Positions 17,946-27,488 of a DNA stretch of 64,000 nucleotides are shown one piece after another (the first letter of the stretch is position 1; each line of letters starts with the position of its first letter). This stretch comes from an uncultured delta proteobacterium. Its GTDB lineage: Bacteria > Desulfobacterota > Desulfobacteria > Desulfobacterales > JAFDCJ01. The notes under the pieces were generated by a model, which saw nothing but the letters and a program-made list of their open reading frames with translations, was not told the origin of the DNA and did no database searches. The DNA is taken from contig CAVYNY010000011.1 in assembly GCA_963769935.1 (NCBI GenBank), forward strand, positions 32,001-96,000, read 5' to 3'. The position numbers were made by a program, and so were the translations under genes.

Positions 17946-18857
17946 TTGAAAATGCCCCAACTCCATCCTCGTCTGCGCGAACTTAAATTTACGCTGTACC
18001 GGATTTTCCGGAGTCCATCCGCCATAATCGGATTTTCGCTGCTGATTTTCTTTGCGACAGTGGCTGTTTTCGCCCCGCAGATCGCACCCCCTAAATATGA
18101 GTACAATCCGTATTTGATGCCCCATAAGGGATTTTCTCCGACCCCCCAAGCGCCCAGTGACAAGAACATCTTCGGCACCACCTCAGGGCAGTATGACATA
18201 TTTTACGGCGTCGTCTGGGGAACTCGCACGGCGTTTAAAATCGGCCTTTTTGTGGTCTGCATCGCCGGTCTGGTGGGCGTAACGCTCGGTGCCGTCTCCG
18301 GGTATTTCGGCGGCGTCATCGATGAAATTTTAATGCGGGTCACGGATGTTATGTGGGCCATACCGACACTGGTCCTGGCAATGGCGATCGTGGTGGCCTT
18401 CGGCCGGGGCCTGGATAAAATCATGATCGCCCTGGCGCTGGTGCAGTGGCGCTGGTACGTGCGGGTTATCCGTTCGGAAATCCTCACGCTGCGCGACCAG
18501 GATTATGTGCATGCCGCCAAAATCATGGGGGTCTCGGACGCAAAAATTATTTTGCACCATATGGTTCCCAACGCCATTTATCCGGTGCTGATTATGGCAT
18601 CCATGGATATGGGATCCATGGTGATTACGGCATCGTTTATGAGTTTTGTCGGCTTGGGGGCTCCCAAAGGCTTTGCCGACTGGGGACAGATGGTGGCCCT
18701 GGCCCGCAACTACATCGTGGGGCCGCCGGGGGATCCGCTGAAATTCTGGTTTGCCATTGTGATTCCCGGCGGATGTATTGTACTGTTTGTGCTGGCCTGG
18801 AATTTGATTGGTGATGCGCTGCGGGATGCGTTTGATCCCAAGCTCAGGAGAAGATGA
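17946..18857 (+). CDS. dppC: Peptide ABC permease DppC/OppC
   Basis: FGTT..QYDIF, DYVHAAKIMG, NLIGDALRDAFDPK. Confidence 0.93.
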   Translation: MKMPQLHPRLRELKFTLYRIFRSPSAIIGFSLLIFFATVAVFAPQIAPPKYEYNPYLMPHKGFSPTPQAPSDKNIFGTTSGQYDIFYGVVWGTRTAFKIGLFVVCIAGLVGVTLGAVSGYFGGVIDEILMRVTDVMWAIPTLVLAMAIVVAFGRGLDKIMIALALVQWRWYVRVIRSEILTLRDQDYVHAAKIMGVSDAKIILHHMVPNAIYPVLIMASMDMGSMVITASFMSFVGLGAPKGFADWGQMVALARNYIVGPPGDPLKFWFAIVIPGGCIVLFVLAWNLIGDALRDAFDPKLRRR

Positions 18858-18967
18858 ATTAAACAATGGCATTCGGCCCAAGATATTCGGCGCAAGGTGA
18901 TGGTTTTTTTTCAATTTTAAATACATCTTATATCCAATGATTTTATGCTCGGCTCAGTAGTAGGGAG

Positions 18968-20131
18968 ATGAAAATGGCGCGTTTGCTGGAAACCGTTGAT
19001 CTGATGACCAACTTCTACACTTACGAAGGGGTGGTCAAGGCCCTGAACAGGGTGAGTCTGGTGGTGGAGCACGGCTCGACCTACGGGCTGGTGGGTGAGT
19101 CAGGCTGCGGCAAGAGCGTGACGGTGCGTTCGATCATGCGCATCGTGCCCGAGCCGGGGCGTATCGAAGACGGCAAAATCATTGTCTACCTGGACGAAGC
19201 GGACCGACAAAACGGCATTGATCTGCTGGAGCAGTCCGAGACCTACATGGAGAGCCTCCGCGGGAACCGCATATCCATGATATTCCAGGAGCCCAATGCA
19301 GCCTTGAACCCGACCATGAGTATCGGTGATCAGGTCGGTGAAAGTTTTTTGTTTCACCGGAAACAGGAAATGAGCGCCGGTATACTGGAGGAATTGGCAG
19401 CGTCGAAACGTCATTTCTTAAATCCATTTAAAAAATTCCTGCAGGCCGTTTACCGGATCGCCGCCCAAAACCCCGCTGACATTCGCCTGCGGATACTTGA
19501 CCGGCTGCCATTGTTGAAGCTCTGGCAGAGGCGCCTCAAAAAGGAAGCCCGCCGCCGTTCGATAGAAATAATCGACAAACTGGGGATCCCCGATGCGGCG
19601 CAGGTGGCCGGGCAGTATCCCCATAATCTTTCCGGCGGGATGAAGCAGCGCATCCTCATTGCCATTGCCCTGGCGTGCAATCCGGTATTGCTGATTGCCG
19701 ATGAAGCCACGTCAAATCTGGATGTAACGATTCAGGCCCAGATCCTGGAACTGCTCCGCGAGCTCAAAGAAGAAGTCATATCTTCGATATTGTTGATTAC
19801 CCACGATCTGGGTGTGGTGGCTGAGACCTGTGACCGGGTGGGGGTGATGTATGCCGGCAACCTGTGCGAGGTGGCCGATGTCGAAGAATTGTTTGAGAAC
19901 CCCCTGCATCCCTATACCCGGGCGTTATTGGACGCGGTACCGAAGTTTGATATGGCAGCAGAACTGCGAAGTATTGAGGGCAATGTGCCGAACCTTGTGA
20001 CGCCGCCGCCGGGATGCCGGTTTCACCCACGCTGCCCCCATGCGATGGATGCGTGCCGGAAAACTTTTCCGGAGATGAAAGAAGTCAAAAAGGATCATTT
20101 GGTGGCCTGTTACTGGATAGAAAAAAGGTAA
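18968..20131 (+). CDS. dppD: Peptide ABC ATPase DppD/OppD
   Basis: GESGCGKS, LSGGMKQR, IADEAT, GCRFHPRC C-terminal Cys cluster; helical insertion after the Q-loop. Confidence 0.93.
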   Translation: MKMARLLETVDLMTNFYTYEGVVKALNRVSLVVEHGSTYGLVGESGCGKSVTVRSIMRIVPEPGRIEDGKIIVYLDEADRQNGIDLLEQSETYMESLRGNRISMIFQEPNAALNPTMSIGDQVGESFLFHRKQEMSAGILEELAASKRHFLNPFKKFLQAVYRIAAQNPADIRLRILDRLPLLKLWQRRLKKEARRRSIEIIDKLGIPDAAQVAGQYPHNLSGGMKQRILIAIALACNPVLLIADEATSNLDVTIQAQILELLRELKEEVISSILLITHDLGVVAETCDRVGVMYAGNLCEVADVEELFENPLHPYTRALLDAVPKFDMAAELRSIEGNVPNLVTPPPGCRFHPRCPHAMDACRKTFPEMKEVKKDHLVACYWIEKR

Positions 20132-20323
20132 AAGGTCAAAGGCGAAAGGTTAAAGGCTAAAAGACTGCGGGCGCGAGGAGGCTGGTATGCCGGGAAGCTG
20201 GGAGGCGGCGAAGCTATAAGGCTGGAATACCGAGAACTGGCGTAAACCTCCAAGCCTTTGCGCTTTCAAGCCTCCTGGCAGAGACCATGGCGACATCTTA
20301 ACTTTGTTTTAAATGGAATCATT

Positions 20324-21376
20324 GTGGAAAAGATTCTCGAACTCAAAAACCTTAAAAAGTATTACCCGATTCTGGGCGGGGTTTTGCGCCATGAAGTCGC
20401 TACCGTCAAAGCCCTGGACGGCATCGATCTGGATATTTATCGTGGAGAATGTCTGGGCGTCGTCGGGGAATCCGGCTGCGGCAAAACCACGACCGGCAAG
20501 GCCATTATCCGCCTGCACGATACCACCAGCGGGCATGTGTTTTATCACGGCCAAGGCCTTGAAAACGGTGCACCGATTGATATTGCCCGGAAGAGACGGT
20601 CTTTGCTCAAAAGGCTGGGTATTCGCAGCAAGCTGCAGATGGTGTTTCAGGATCCGACCACTTCATTGGATCCCCGCATGCTGGTAAAAAACATAATTGC
20701 CGAGCCGATCAAAACTCAGCAGCGTCCGGGCGGGCGGGAGCTTGAACGGCGGGTGATCGATCTGCTCCAACTGGTGGGATTGACCCGCGATCATTTGCTG
20801 CGCTATCCTCACGAGTTTTCCGGTGGCCAGCGCCAGCGCATCGCGGTGGCCCGGGCGATTGCCACGGATCCGGAATTCATTGTGCTGGATGAACCGACCT
20901 CGGCCCTGGATGTATCCGTCCAATCCCAGATTTTAAATCTGCTCAAGTCTCTGCAGCAAACCTTGAATTTGACCTATATGTTTGTCACCCACCATCTGCT
21001 GGTTGTCAAATATATCAGCAATCGCCTGGCGGTGATGTATCTGGGAAAAATAGTGGAAGTTGCCGGGACTGAAGATCTTTTTTCAAATCCGGTGCACCCC
21101 TATACGCATGCGTTGCTGTCCGCCATTCCGATCCCGGCGGTCAAAAGCAAGCAGCGGCGTATCGTTTTGTCCGGTGATGTACCCGGCTCCGTCAATCCGC
21201 CCGCCGGCTGCCGGTTTCATACCCGGTGTCCCTTCGTGGAGGATCGCTGCACGAAGGAGCTGCCCCTGCTTGAAACCGTGGCACCGGGTCATCAGGTGGC
21301 CTGCCATCGCAAACGGGATATGGCCAAACTTGTTAGGGATAAATTCGGTCAAAAAAGGATTGGCAGCGGGATTTAA
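20324..21376 (+). CDS. dppF: Peptide ABC ATPase DppF/OppF
   Basis: GESGCGKT, FSGGQRQR, LDEPTSALDVS, GCRFHTRC; GTG start inferred. Confidence 0.93.
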   Translation: MEKILELKNLKKYYPILGGVLRHEVATVKALDGIDLDIYRGECLGVVGESGCGKTTTGKAIIRLHDTTSGHVFYHGQGLENGAPIDIARKRRSLLKRLGIRSKLQMVFQDPTTSLDPRMLVKNIIAEPIKTQQRPGGRELERRVIDLLQLVGLTRDHLLRYPHEFSGGQRQRIAVARAIATDPEFIVLDEPTSALDVSVQSQILNLLKSLQQTLNLTYMFVTHHLLVVKYISNRLAVMYLGKIVEVAGTEDLFSNPVHPYTHALLSAIPIPAVKSKQRRIVLSGDVPGSVNPPAGCRFHTRCPFVEDRCTKELPLLETVAPGHQVACHRKRDMAKLVRDKFGQKRIGSGI

Positions 21377-21396
21377 TAAGTGATAAAAGGTTACAA

Positions 21397-21555
21397 AAAG
21401 CTTGGAGGCTTGAAAGCTTGGAGGCTGGGATGCCTGAAAGTTTGGCAACTTGGAAGCTCGGAGGCTTAAATCTGATATTAGCCTCCCAGCCTTATAGCTT
21501 CCTCGCCTCCCAGCCTTCGGGCCTTCAAGCCTTATAGCTTCCCAGCATTCCAGCC
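21397..21555. repeat. Family C inverted 8-mer tandem hairpin (GGAGGCTT / GCCTCCCA)
   Basis: aagcttggaggcttgaaagcttggaggctgg ... gcctcccagccttatagcttcctcgcctcccagcc; related stretch at 20165-20280. Confidence 0.85.
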
Positions 21556-21573
21556 AGAAAAAAAGGAGATTTT

Positions 21574-22149
21574 ATGAAACGCGCGATTATTTACATACTG
21601 ATATTTTTCGCGGCTATTTTGAGCGGTGTGCCGGCGGTGTCCGCTGAAAATCCCAGAGTCGAATTGGACACGTCAAAAGGCAAAATCGTTCTGGAGCTTT
21701 ATCCGGAAAAAGCGCCTGAAACGGTAAAAAATTTCTTAAATTACGTTGCTGAAAAATTTTACGACGGTACCATTTTCCATCGGGTGATTCCGAAATTCAT
21801 GATTCAGGGAGGCGGTTTTACGGCCGACATGCAGCACAAGCCCACCGGAGCGCCGATTAAAAACGAAGCCGATAAGGGCCTTAATAATGACCGCGGTACG
21901 ATTGCCATGGCCCGCACCGGTGATCCCCATAGCGCCACGGCCCAGTTTTTTATCAACACGGCCAACAATGACTTCTTGAACCACAAGAGCAAAACACAGC
22001 AGGGTTGGGGCTATGCAGCCTTCGGTAAAGTCGTGGCCGGCATGGATACGGTGGATGCCATTTCGGCCGTGAAGACGACCACCCGCGGATCCTACCAGGA
22101 CGTGCCCGTGGAGCCGGTGGTTATTAAAACCGCCAAACGGTTGAACTAG
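21574..22149 (+). CDS. ppiA: Exported cyclophilin-type peptidyl-prolyl isomerase
   Basis: [29 protein letters not shown]; signal peptide. Confidence 0.93.
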   Translation: MKRAIIYILIFFAAILSGVPAVSAENPRVELDTSKGKIVLELYPEKAPETVKNFLNYVAEKFYDGTIFHRVIPKFMIQGGGFTADMQHKPTGAPIKNEADKGLNNDRGTIAMARTGDPHSATAQFFINTANNDFLNHKSKTQQGWGYAAFGKVVAGMDTVDAISAVKTTTRGSYQDVPVEPVVIKTAKRLN

Positions 22150-22172
22150 ATGTTGGGCTCCGCATTAACTAT

Positions 22173-22240
22173 GTTGGGTGGGCATTGCCCACCGTCAACC
22201 TTCCGGGCAGACAACGTTTGGTGGGCGATGCCCACCCTAC
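22173..22240. repeat. GTAG-type REP doublet
   Basis: gttgggtgggcattgcccacc ... ggtgggcgatgcccaccctac in inverted orientation. Confidence 0.75.
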
Positions 22241-22308
22241 GATATGGAATTTTCGCAACGTTAGCACGTTAAGAAGTAATTCTTTGCATTTTATGGCAAA
22301 ATATTTTT

Positions 22309-22404
22309 GCCACCAAGCCACTAAGACACAAAGGAATATTCAGACAAAACCTTTCTTTGTGCCTTTGAGTCTTTGTGGCAATTTTCCGGCTTATCCGGGT
22401 TAGG
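22309..22404. repeat. Inverted repeat element (CACAAAG/CTTTGTG) ending in TCCGGCTTATCCGGGTTAGG
   Basis: gccaccaagccactaagacacaaag ... ctttgtgcctttgagtctttgtggc then the terminal motif. Confidence 0.75.
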
Positions 22405-22434
22405 CGTTAACATGGCAAAGTTCGAAAGGGGCTT

Positions 22435-23016
22435 ATGACTGCAAAAAGAAATTCGAAAAAGATACTGGTACTGCTGGGCAGTCCACGGAAGAAGGGCAAT
22501 AGTACAACGCTTGCCCAAAAAATTATTGAGGGCGCCGAAGCTGCCGGTGCCGCCGTCGAAAAAATTTATCTGCACGGTCAGAAGATAGCGCCCTGTCAGG
22601 CATGTTATGCCTGTCGGAAACCCAACAGCCGGGGCTGCGCGATCGACGACGATATGCAGCCCATCTATCAAAAGCTGATCGAGGCCGACGCCTGGGTAAT
22701 TGCCAGTCCGGTCTACTGGTTTACCATGTCGGCGCAGACCAAGCTGTTCATGGACCGCTGCTTTGCGCTTTTTAATATTAAAAAAGATGCGCTGGCAGGC
22801 AAAAATATAGCCATCGCCATGAGCTATGCCGATGCCGATCCCTTTATGTCCGGCTGCGTCAATGCGCTGCGCACCTTTCAGGATGCCTTTGCCTATGTCG
22901 GTGCAACTATCGTGGGCATGGTATACGGCAGTGCGGACAAACCCGGCGAAATTAAATCAAACCAGGCCCTGATGGCAGAAGCTGAGGCACTCGGCAGGCA
23001 GTTGGCAGAAAGCTGA
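22435..23016 (+). CDS. Iron-sulfur flavoprotein / NADPH-dependent FMN reductase family
   Basis: GSPRKKGNS, CQACYAC..C..DDDM, ASPVYW, KLFMDR. Confidence 0.9.
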   Translation: MTAKRNSKKILVLLGSPRKKGNSTTLAQKIIEGAEAAGAAVEKIYLHGQKIAPCQACYACRKPNSRGCAIDDDMQPIYQKLIEADAWVIASPVYWFTMSAQTKLFMDRCFALFNIKKDALAGKNIAIAMSYADADPFMSGCVNALRTFQDAFAYVGATIVGMVYGSADKPGEIKSNQALMAEAEALGRQLAES

Positions 23017-23024
23017 TTCGAATC

Positions 23025-24200
23025 ATGATCATCAATCCCAGAATTCGTCATAACATTTGCACAAACGCGCACCCGCTGGGCTGCGCTGCCCAGGTCCGGG
23101 CGCAAATCAGCTATGTCCGGGCCTGCGGCAAAATCGACGGTCCAAAAAAGGTGCTGGTCATCGGCGCTTCCAACGGCTATGGGCTGGCGGCCAGAATTGC
23201 GTCGGCCTTTGCATCCGATGCCGCCTCAATCGGGCTGGCCTTGGAAAAGCCCGCCACGGATAAACGAACCGCGACCGCCGGCTGGTATAACACCGAGGCC
23301 TTCAAACACGAAGCTGAAAAGGCGGACCTGCCGGCCTGGAATGTCAATGGCGACGCTTTTGCCGAGGAAACCAAATCCCAAGTCATGGAGATGGTCAAAA
23401 CCAACCTGGGCCGGATCGACTTTCTGGTTTACAGCATTGCGGCGCCCCGGCGGGTCGATCCGGCGACCGGTGAAATTTTTTCAGCGGTCATCAAGCCGAT
23501 CGGCAAACCGTTTACGGCCAAAACGGTGGATTTTCAGACCGGTATTATCAGTGAGGTTACCGCCGAGCCGGCCAGCGAGGAAGAGATCGTGCATACCGTC
23601 AAAGTCATGGGCGGGGAAGACTGGATGCTGTGGATCGACAAGCTGCTGGGCCGTAATCTCCTTGCTCCGGGATTTCGGACGATTGCGTTTTCCTATATCG
23701 GTTCCGAACAAACGCGTCCGTTGTACCGGGACGGGACCATCGGCGCCGCCAAGAAGGACCTCGAACAAAAGGCTGAGGATATCAACCGGCGGCTGGCACC
23801 GATTGGCGGGCAGGCGTTGATCAGCATCAACAAAGCCCTGATCACCCGCGCCAGCGCCGTCATACCGGCCGTCCCCCTGTATATCGCTCTGCTTTACCGG
23901 GTCATGAAGGCCAAGAAGCTGCACGAAGGCTGCATCCAGCAAATGGTCCGGCTTTATCATGATTTTCTGTTCGGGGCCAACTCCCCTCAAACGGATGCCA
24001 AAGGCCGAATCCGCTTAGACGACTGGGAAATGCAGCCGGATGTCCAAAATGAAATCAGCTCTTTCTGGCAGCAGGTCGATCAGGACAACATCGGTGAGCT
24101 TGCGGATATCAAAGGCGTAAGAGAAGAATTTTTAAGGCACCACGGATTCGGGATGCCGGGCATCGACTACTCGCAGGATGTCCGGCCGGATGTATTGTGA
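23025..24200 (+). CDS. fabV: Enoyl-ACP/CoA reductase FabV (trans-2-enoyl-CoA reductase)
   Basis: HPLGC, GASNGYGLA, NGDAF, VMGGEDW, Y..GTIG.AK, IRLDDWE. Confidence 0.93.
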   Translation: MIINPRIRHNICTNAHPLGCAAQVRAQISYVRACGKIDGPKKVLVIGASNGYGLAARIASAFASDAASIGLALEKPATDKRTATAGWYNTEAFKHEAEKADLPAWNVNGDAFAEETKSQVMEMVKTNLGRIDFLVYSIAAPRRVDPATGEIFSAVIKPIGKPFTAKTVDFQTGIISEVTAEPASEEEIVHTVKVMGGEDWMLWIDKLLGRNLLAPGFRTIAFSYIGSEQTRPLYRDGTIGAAKKDLEQKAEDINRRLAPIGGQALISINKALITRASAVIPAVPLYIALLYRVMKAKKLHEGCIQQMVRLYHDFLFGANSPQTDAKGRIRLDDWEMQPDVQNEISSFWQQVDQDNIGELADIKGVREEFLRHHGFGMPGIDYSQDVRPDVL

Positions 24201-24207
24201 GGTTTGA

Positions 24208-25380
24208 ATGGTTAAACTACTTCGCCAAGGCAATGTTTTCGCCCCGGATCCTCTGGGTAAGAAAGATATCCTAATTTTGGGAAATAAGATTGGGGCAATC
24301 ACCGAGCCGGGCCAAATAAAGATAGAAGGAATTGAATTTCAAGACCTAGATGCCTCGGAAAAGATTGTTGTTCCGGGATTCATCGACAGCCATGTTCATA
24401 TAACCGGAGGCGGCGGAGAAGGAGGGCCAGCCACAAGAGCACCTGAAATAGCTGTTGAAGATATCATTTCAAGCGGTGTGACAACTGTTATCGGATGCCT
24501 TGGAACGGATAGTGTGACACGTCACATGGAATCTCTTCTGGCTAAGGCCAGAGGCCTGGAAAAAGAAGGCGTCACAACCTTTATTTTTTCAGGTTCCTAC
24601 GAAATTCCCCCCAAAACAATCACCGGAAGCATCCGATCCGACCTCGTCCTCATCGATAAAGTCGTAGGGGCGGGAGAAATAGCCATCTCCGACCACCGCT
24701 CCTCCCAGCCCTCCTTTGAGGAAGTGGCCCGCCTGGCTGCCGATTGTCGCGTGGGAGGCATGCTCGGTGGCAAGGCTGGTGTGCTCCATTGTCATATAGG
24801 CGATGGACCGCGACGTTTGGGGATGCTTTTCAGGCTGATCAAAGAAACAGAAATTCCTGTCACCCAAGTCATCCCGACCCATGTCAACCGCAATCGACAA
24901 TTACTGGCGGAAGCCATGGAGTTTGTCCTGGCCGGAGGATTCATAGACCTTACCGCCAGCGGCGATTCCGAGCCTCTGGACAAGCAGGGAGTATCGATAG
25001 AAGATGCGGTGGCCCTCTTTCTTGAAAAACAGATTCCTTTAGACCACATCACCATAAGTTCAGACAGCAACGGCAGCCTTCCCGTCTTCGACGAAAAAGG
25101 GGAGTTGCTGGGCTTGACCATCGCCACCCAGAAGGGCCTCATAGCAAAGTTTCGAACCCTGGTCCAAAAAGATATCTTGAGTCTCCAGGATGCTCTAAAG
25201 CTCTTTTCCACCAATCCTGCCCACTTCTATAAGTTGAATCAAAAGGGAGAAATAAAGGCAGGAAAGGATGCTGATCTTCTTATCCTCGACAAAAATTTCA
25301 ATTTGACAGACTGCTTTGCCATGGGACGCAGGATGTTGGCGGAGGGCCGATTAATTGCTAAAGGCACCTTCAGCCCTTGA
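24208..25380 (+). CDS. iadA: Isoaspartyl dipeptidase (beta-aspartyl peptidase)
   Basis: DSHVHITGGGGEGG, GCLGTD, EIAISDHRSSQP, SSDSNGSLP. Confidence 0.95.
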   Translation: MVKLLRQGNVFAPDPLGKKDILILGNKIGAITEPGQIKIEGIEFQDLDASEKIVVPGFIDSHVHITGGGGEGGPATRAPEIAVEDIISSGVTTVIGCLGTDSVTRHMESLLAKARGLEKEGVTTFIFSGSYEIPPKTITGSIRSDLVLIDKVVGAGEIAISDHRSSQPSFEEVARLAADCRVGGMLGGKAGVLHCHIGDGPRRLGMLFRLIKETEIPVTQVIPTHVNRNRQLLAEAMEFVLAGGFIDLTASGDSEPLDKQGVSIEDAVALFLEKQIPLDHITISSDSNGSLPVFDEKGELLGLTIATQKGLIAKFRTLVQKDILSLQDALKLFSTNPAHFYKLNQKGEIKAGKDADLLILDKNFNLTDCFAMGRRMLAEGRLIAKGTFSP

Positions 25381-25541
25381 CAGGAAGGAAAAAAGTGAAG
25401 GCGGATCATCAGCGCCTGCGTTTTTTCGAAATCCAAGGGACTTATTTGAATTGAATCCGCAGTTTTGATTTTTTCTAACGCATACTTATATTCTAATTAA
25501 TCCGCCCTGAATAGCAGCTTCCATCAACAGGCAAAAATAAA

Positions 25542-26404
25542 ATGAAACATATTAAACCCGCCGGAGATCAACCGACCGGAATTTATACAGTGGCTGATCG
25601 TTGGAAACTTATGATGTTGCTGTGTTTGGCAGCTATAGGCATAGGTTTGGCGATCAGCGCCTGTGATTTCCGCAAGGGTCATGCTTCGGCCGAAACAAAC
25701 ACTAGGAAAGACAGCAACATGGAATCAACACAATTGGCCAAAACCATTCAATATAAGATACCGCCCATCGATGCCGCGGCTCCAGCCGAGATTGTAACCG
25801 CAACCTTCGCGCTGGGCTGATTCTGGGGACCCGACTCCCGGTTCGGGAGTATGGAAGGCGTCGTCAGAACTCGTGTCGGATATGCCGGCGGTCAGAAAAA
25901 AGACCCCACCTATCACAGCCTGGGAGACCACAGCGAAACGATCCAGATTGATTATGACCCGGCCCGCATATCGTACCGGAAGCTGCTGTCCATTTTCTGG
26001 CAGAGCCATGACCCAACGTCGCGTGCCTGGAGCCGGCAGTACATGTCGGCCATATTTTACCACAATGATGAGCAGCGAGAGCTGGCCCTTGAAACGAAAG
26101 CCTTCGAGGAAAAACAGAGAAACAAAAAAATCCAGACCGAAATTGTGCCGTTCGAGCGTTCTACCTGGCGGAAGATTATCATCAGAAATATGAGCTGCGA
26201 GGGCATAGTGATCTGATGCGGGAATTTAAGGCCATGTATCCCCGGGACATTGATTTTATCAATTCCACTGCCGCCGCCCGGGTCAACGGCTATCTCAGCG
26301 GCTACGGCAGCCCCGAAGAAATGAAAGCAACCCTCGAACACCTGGGCTTATCGACTGCGGCCCAGGAGCGGCTGTTGGCCAATTCCAATAAGTGGAAAAA
26401 TTAA
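25542..26404 (+). CDS. msrA: Selenocysteine-containing methionine sulfoxide reductase A (UGA 25818-25820; -1 frameshift near 26158)
   Basis: ATFALG-TGA-FWGPDSRFG..GVVRTRVGYAGG = GUFWG active site; PTY..LGDHSE; FYLAEDYHQKY after frame correction; STAAARVNGY; start uncertain. Confidence 0.88.
25834..25850 (+). promoter_or_regulatory. Bacterial SECIS-like hairpin
   Basis: ACTCCCG-GTT-CGGGAGT, loop begins with GU 20 nt after the UGA. Confidence 0.75.
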
Positions 26405-27226
26405 TTATACGAAAAAGTCCGGCATCAGGTCAGCGTTCGGATCGACGGCGTAGCTGCTGAGATCCGTCAGGCCCTCTGCCTGCAGGACGGCCTCGTCGAC
26501 AAAAAAATTGCCGGTGCACTCACGGCTTGGTTTGGTTAGAATCGCGTGGGCGGCGTCCGCCAGGATCTCGGGCCTGCGCGAGGCCCGAACCATCTCTTCG
26601 CCGCCGAGCAGGTTGCGTACGGCTGACGTTGCGATGGTCGTGCGCGGCCACAGGGCGTTGACCGCTATTCCCCGGGACTTCAGTTCCTCAGCCATTCCGA
26701 GAACACACATGCTCATACCGAACTTGGCCATGGTGTAGGCGACATGCGGTGCGAACCATTTGGCCTCCATGTTAAGCGGCGGCGACAGGTTTAAAATGTG
26801 CGGATTTTCCGCCTTTTCGAGGTGTGGAATGCATTTTTGCGAACACAGAAATGTGCCGCGCGTGTTGACCTGGTGCATCAGGTCATAGCGCTTCATCGGG
26901 GTCGAAACCGTGTCCGTCAGGTGGATCGCGCTGGCGTTGTTTACCAGGATATCGATTTGGCCGAATGCTTCAACCGTCTTGGCCACCGCAGCTTCCACCT
27001 GGTCCTCGAAGCGGATGTCCACCACGCAGGCCAGGGCCTTGCCGCCGGCGGCTTCGATCTCCTCGGCGGCGGTATAAATCGTTCCCGGAAGCTTCGGATG
27101 CGGATGAGTTGTTTTGGCTGCAATGGCAATCCTGGCGCCGTCTCTGGCGGCCCGCAATGCGATTGCCTTGCCGATGCCGCGGCTGGCGCCGGTAATGAAC
27201 AGGGTCTTGCCTTTCAGATCGCTCAT
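26405..27226 (-). CDS. SDR oxidoreductase (HSDL2/AtuG-like)
   Basis: TGASRGIG, NNASAI, YTMAK, NALWP. Confidence 0.92.
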   Translation of the reverse strand: MSDLKGKTLFITGASRGIGKAIALRAARDGARIAIAAKTTHPHPKLPGTIYTAAEEIEAAGGKALACVVDIRFEDQVEAAVAKTVEAFGQIDILVNNASAIHLTDTVSTPMKRYDLMHQVNTRGTFLCSQKCIPHLEKAENPHILNLSPPLNMEAKWFAPHVAYTMAKFGMSMCVLGMAEELKSRGIAVNALWPRTTIATSAVRNLLGGEEMVRASRRPEILADAAHAILTKPSRECTGNFFVDEAVLQAEGLTDLSSYAVDPNADLMPDFFV

Positions 27227-27239
27227 GGCTCCTCCTAGT

Positions 27240-27433
27240 CAATTGAATATTGTCAATTGAATATTGAATATTTATGGTTTCGCTGCGCTCAGACTTTTTT
27301 ATAAAAAAGATAGAATACCTCCCTCGATGTTCGATGTTGGAAGTTCGATGTTCGATGTTCATTAGTTTCTTTTATTGATCAAACTAGCCGCTTCTCAGGC
27401 CAGCGGTCCGCCGGAGGCGGAACACCTGAAACC
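27240..27433. repeat. Composite of family B 7-mers, TTCGATG 7-mers and the CGCTGGCC repeat
   Basis: caattgaatattgtcaattgaatattgaatat..gatagaata..cgatgttcgatgttggaagttcgatgttcgatgttc..ggccagcgg. Confidence 0.75.
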
Positions 27434-27488
27434 TTAAGTTTCTGACAAAATGCTGCCGGATAAAACGTCCTAAGGGCCTATTAACCAA

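Noticed and set aside
26970..27362. ORF beginning MNIEHRTSNIEHR
   Set aside because: Translation of a 7-mer repeat array; overlaps the SDR gene out of frame
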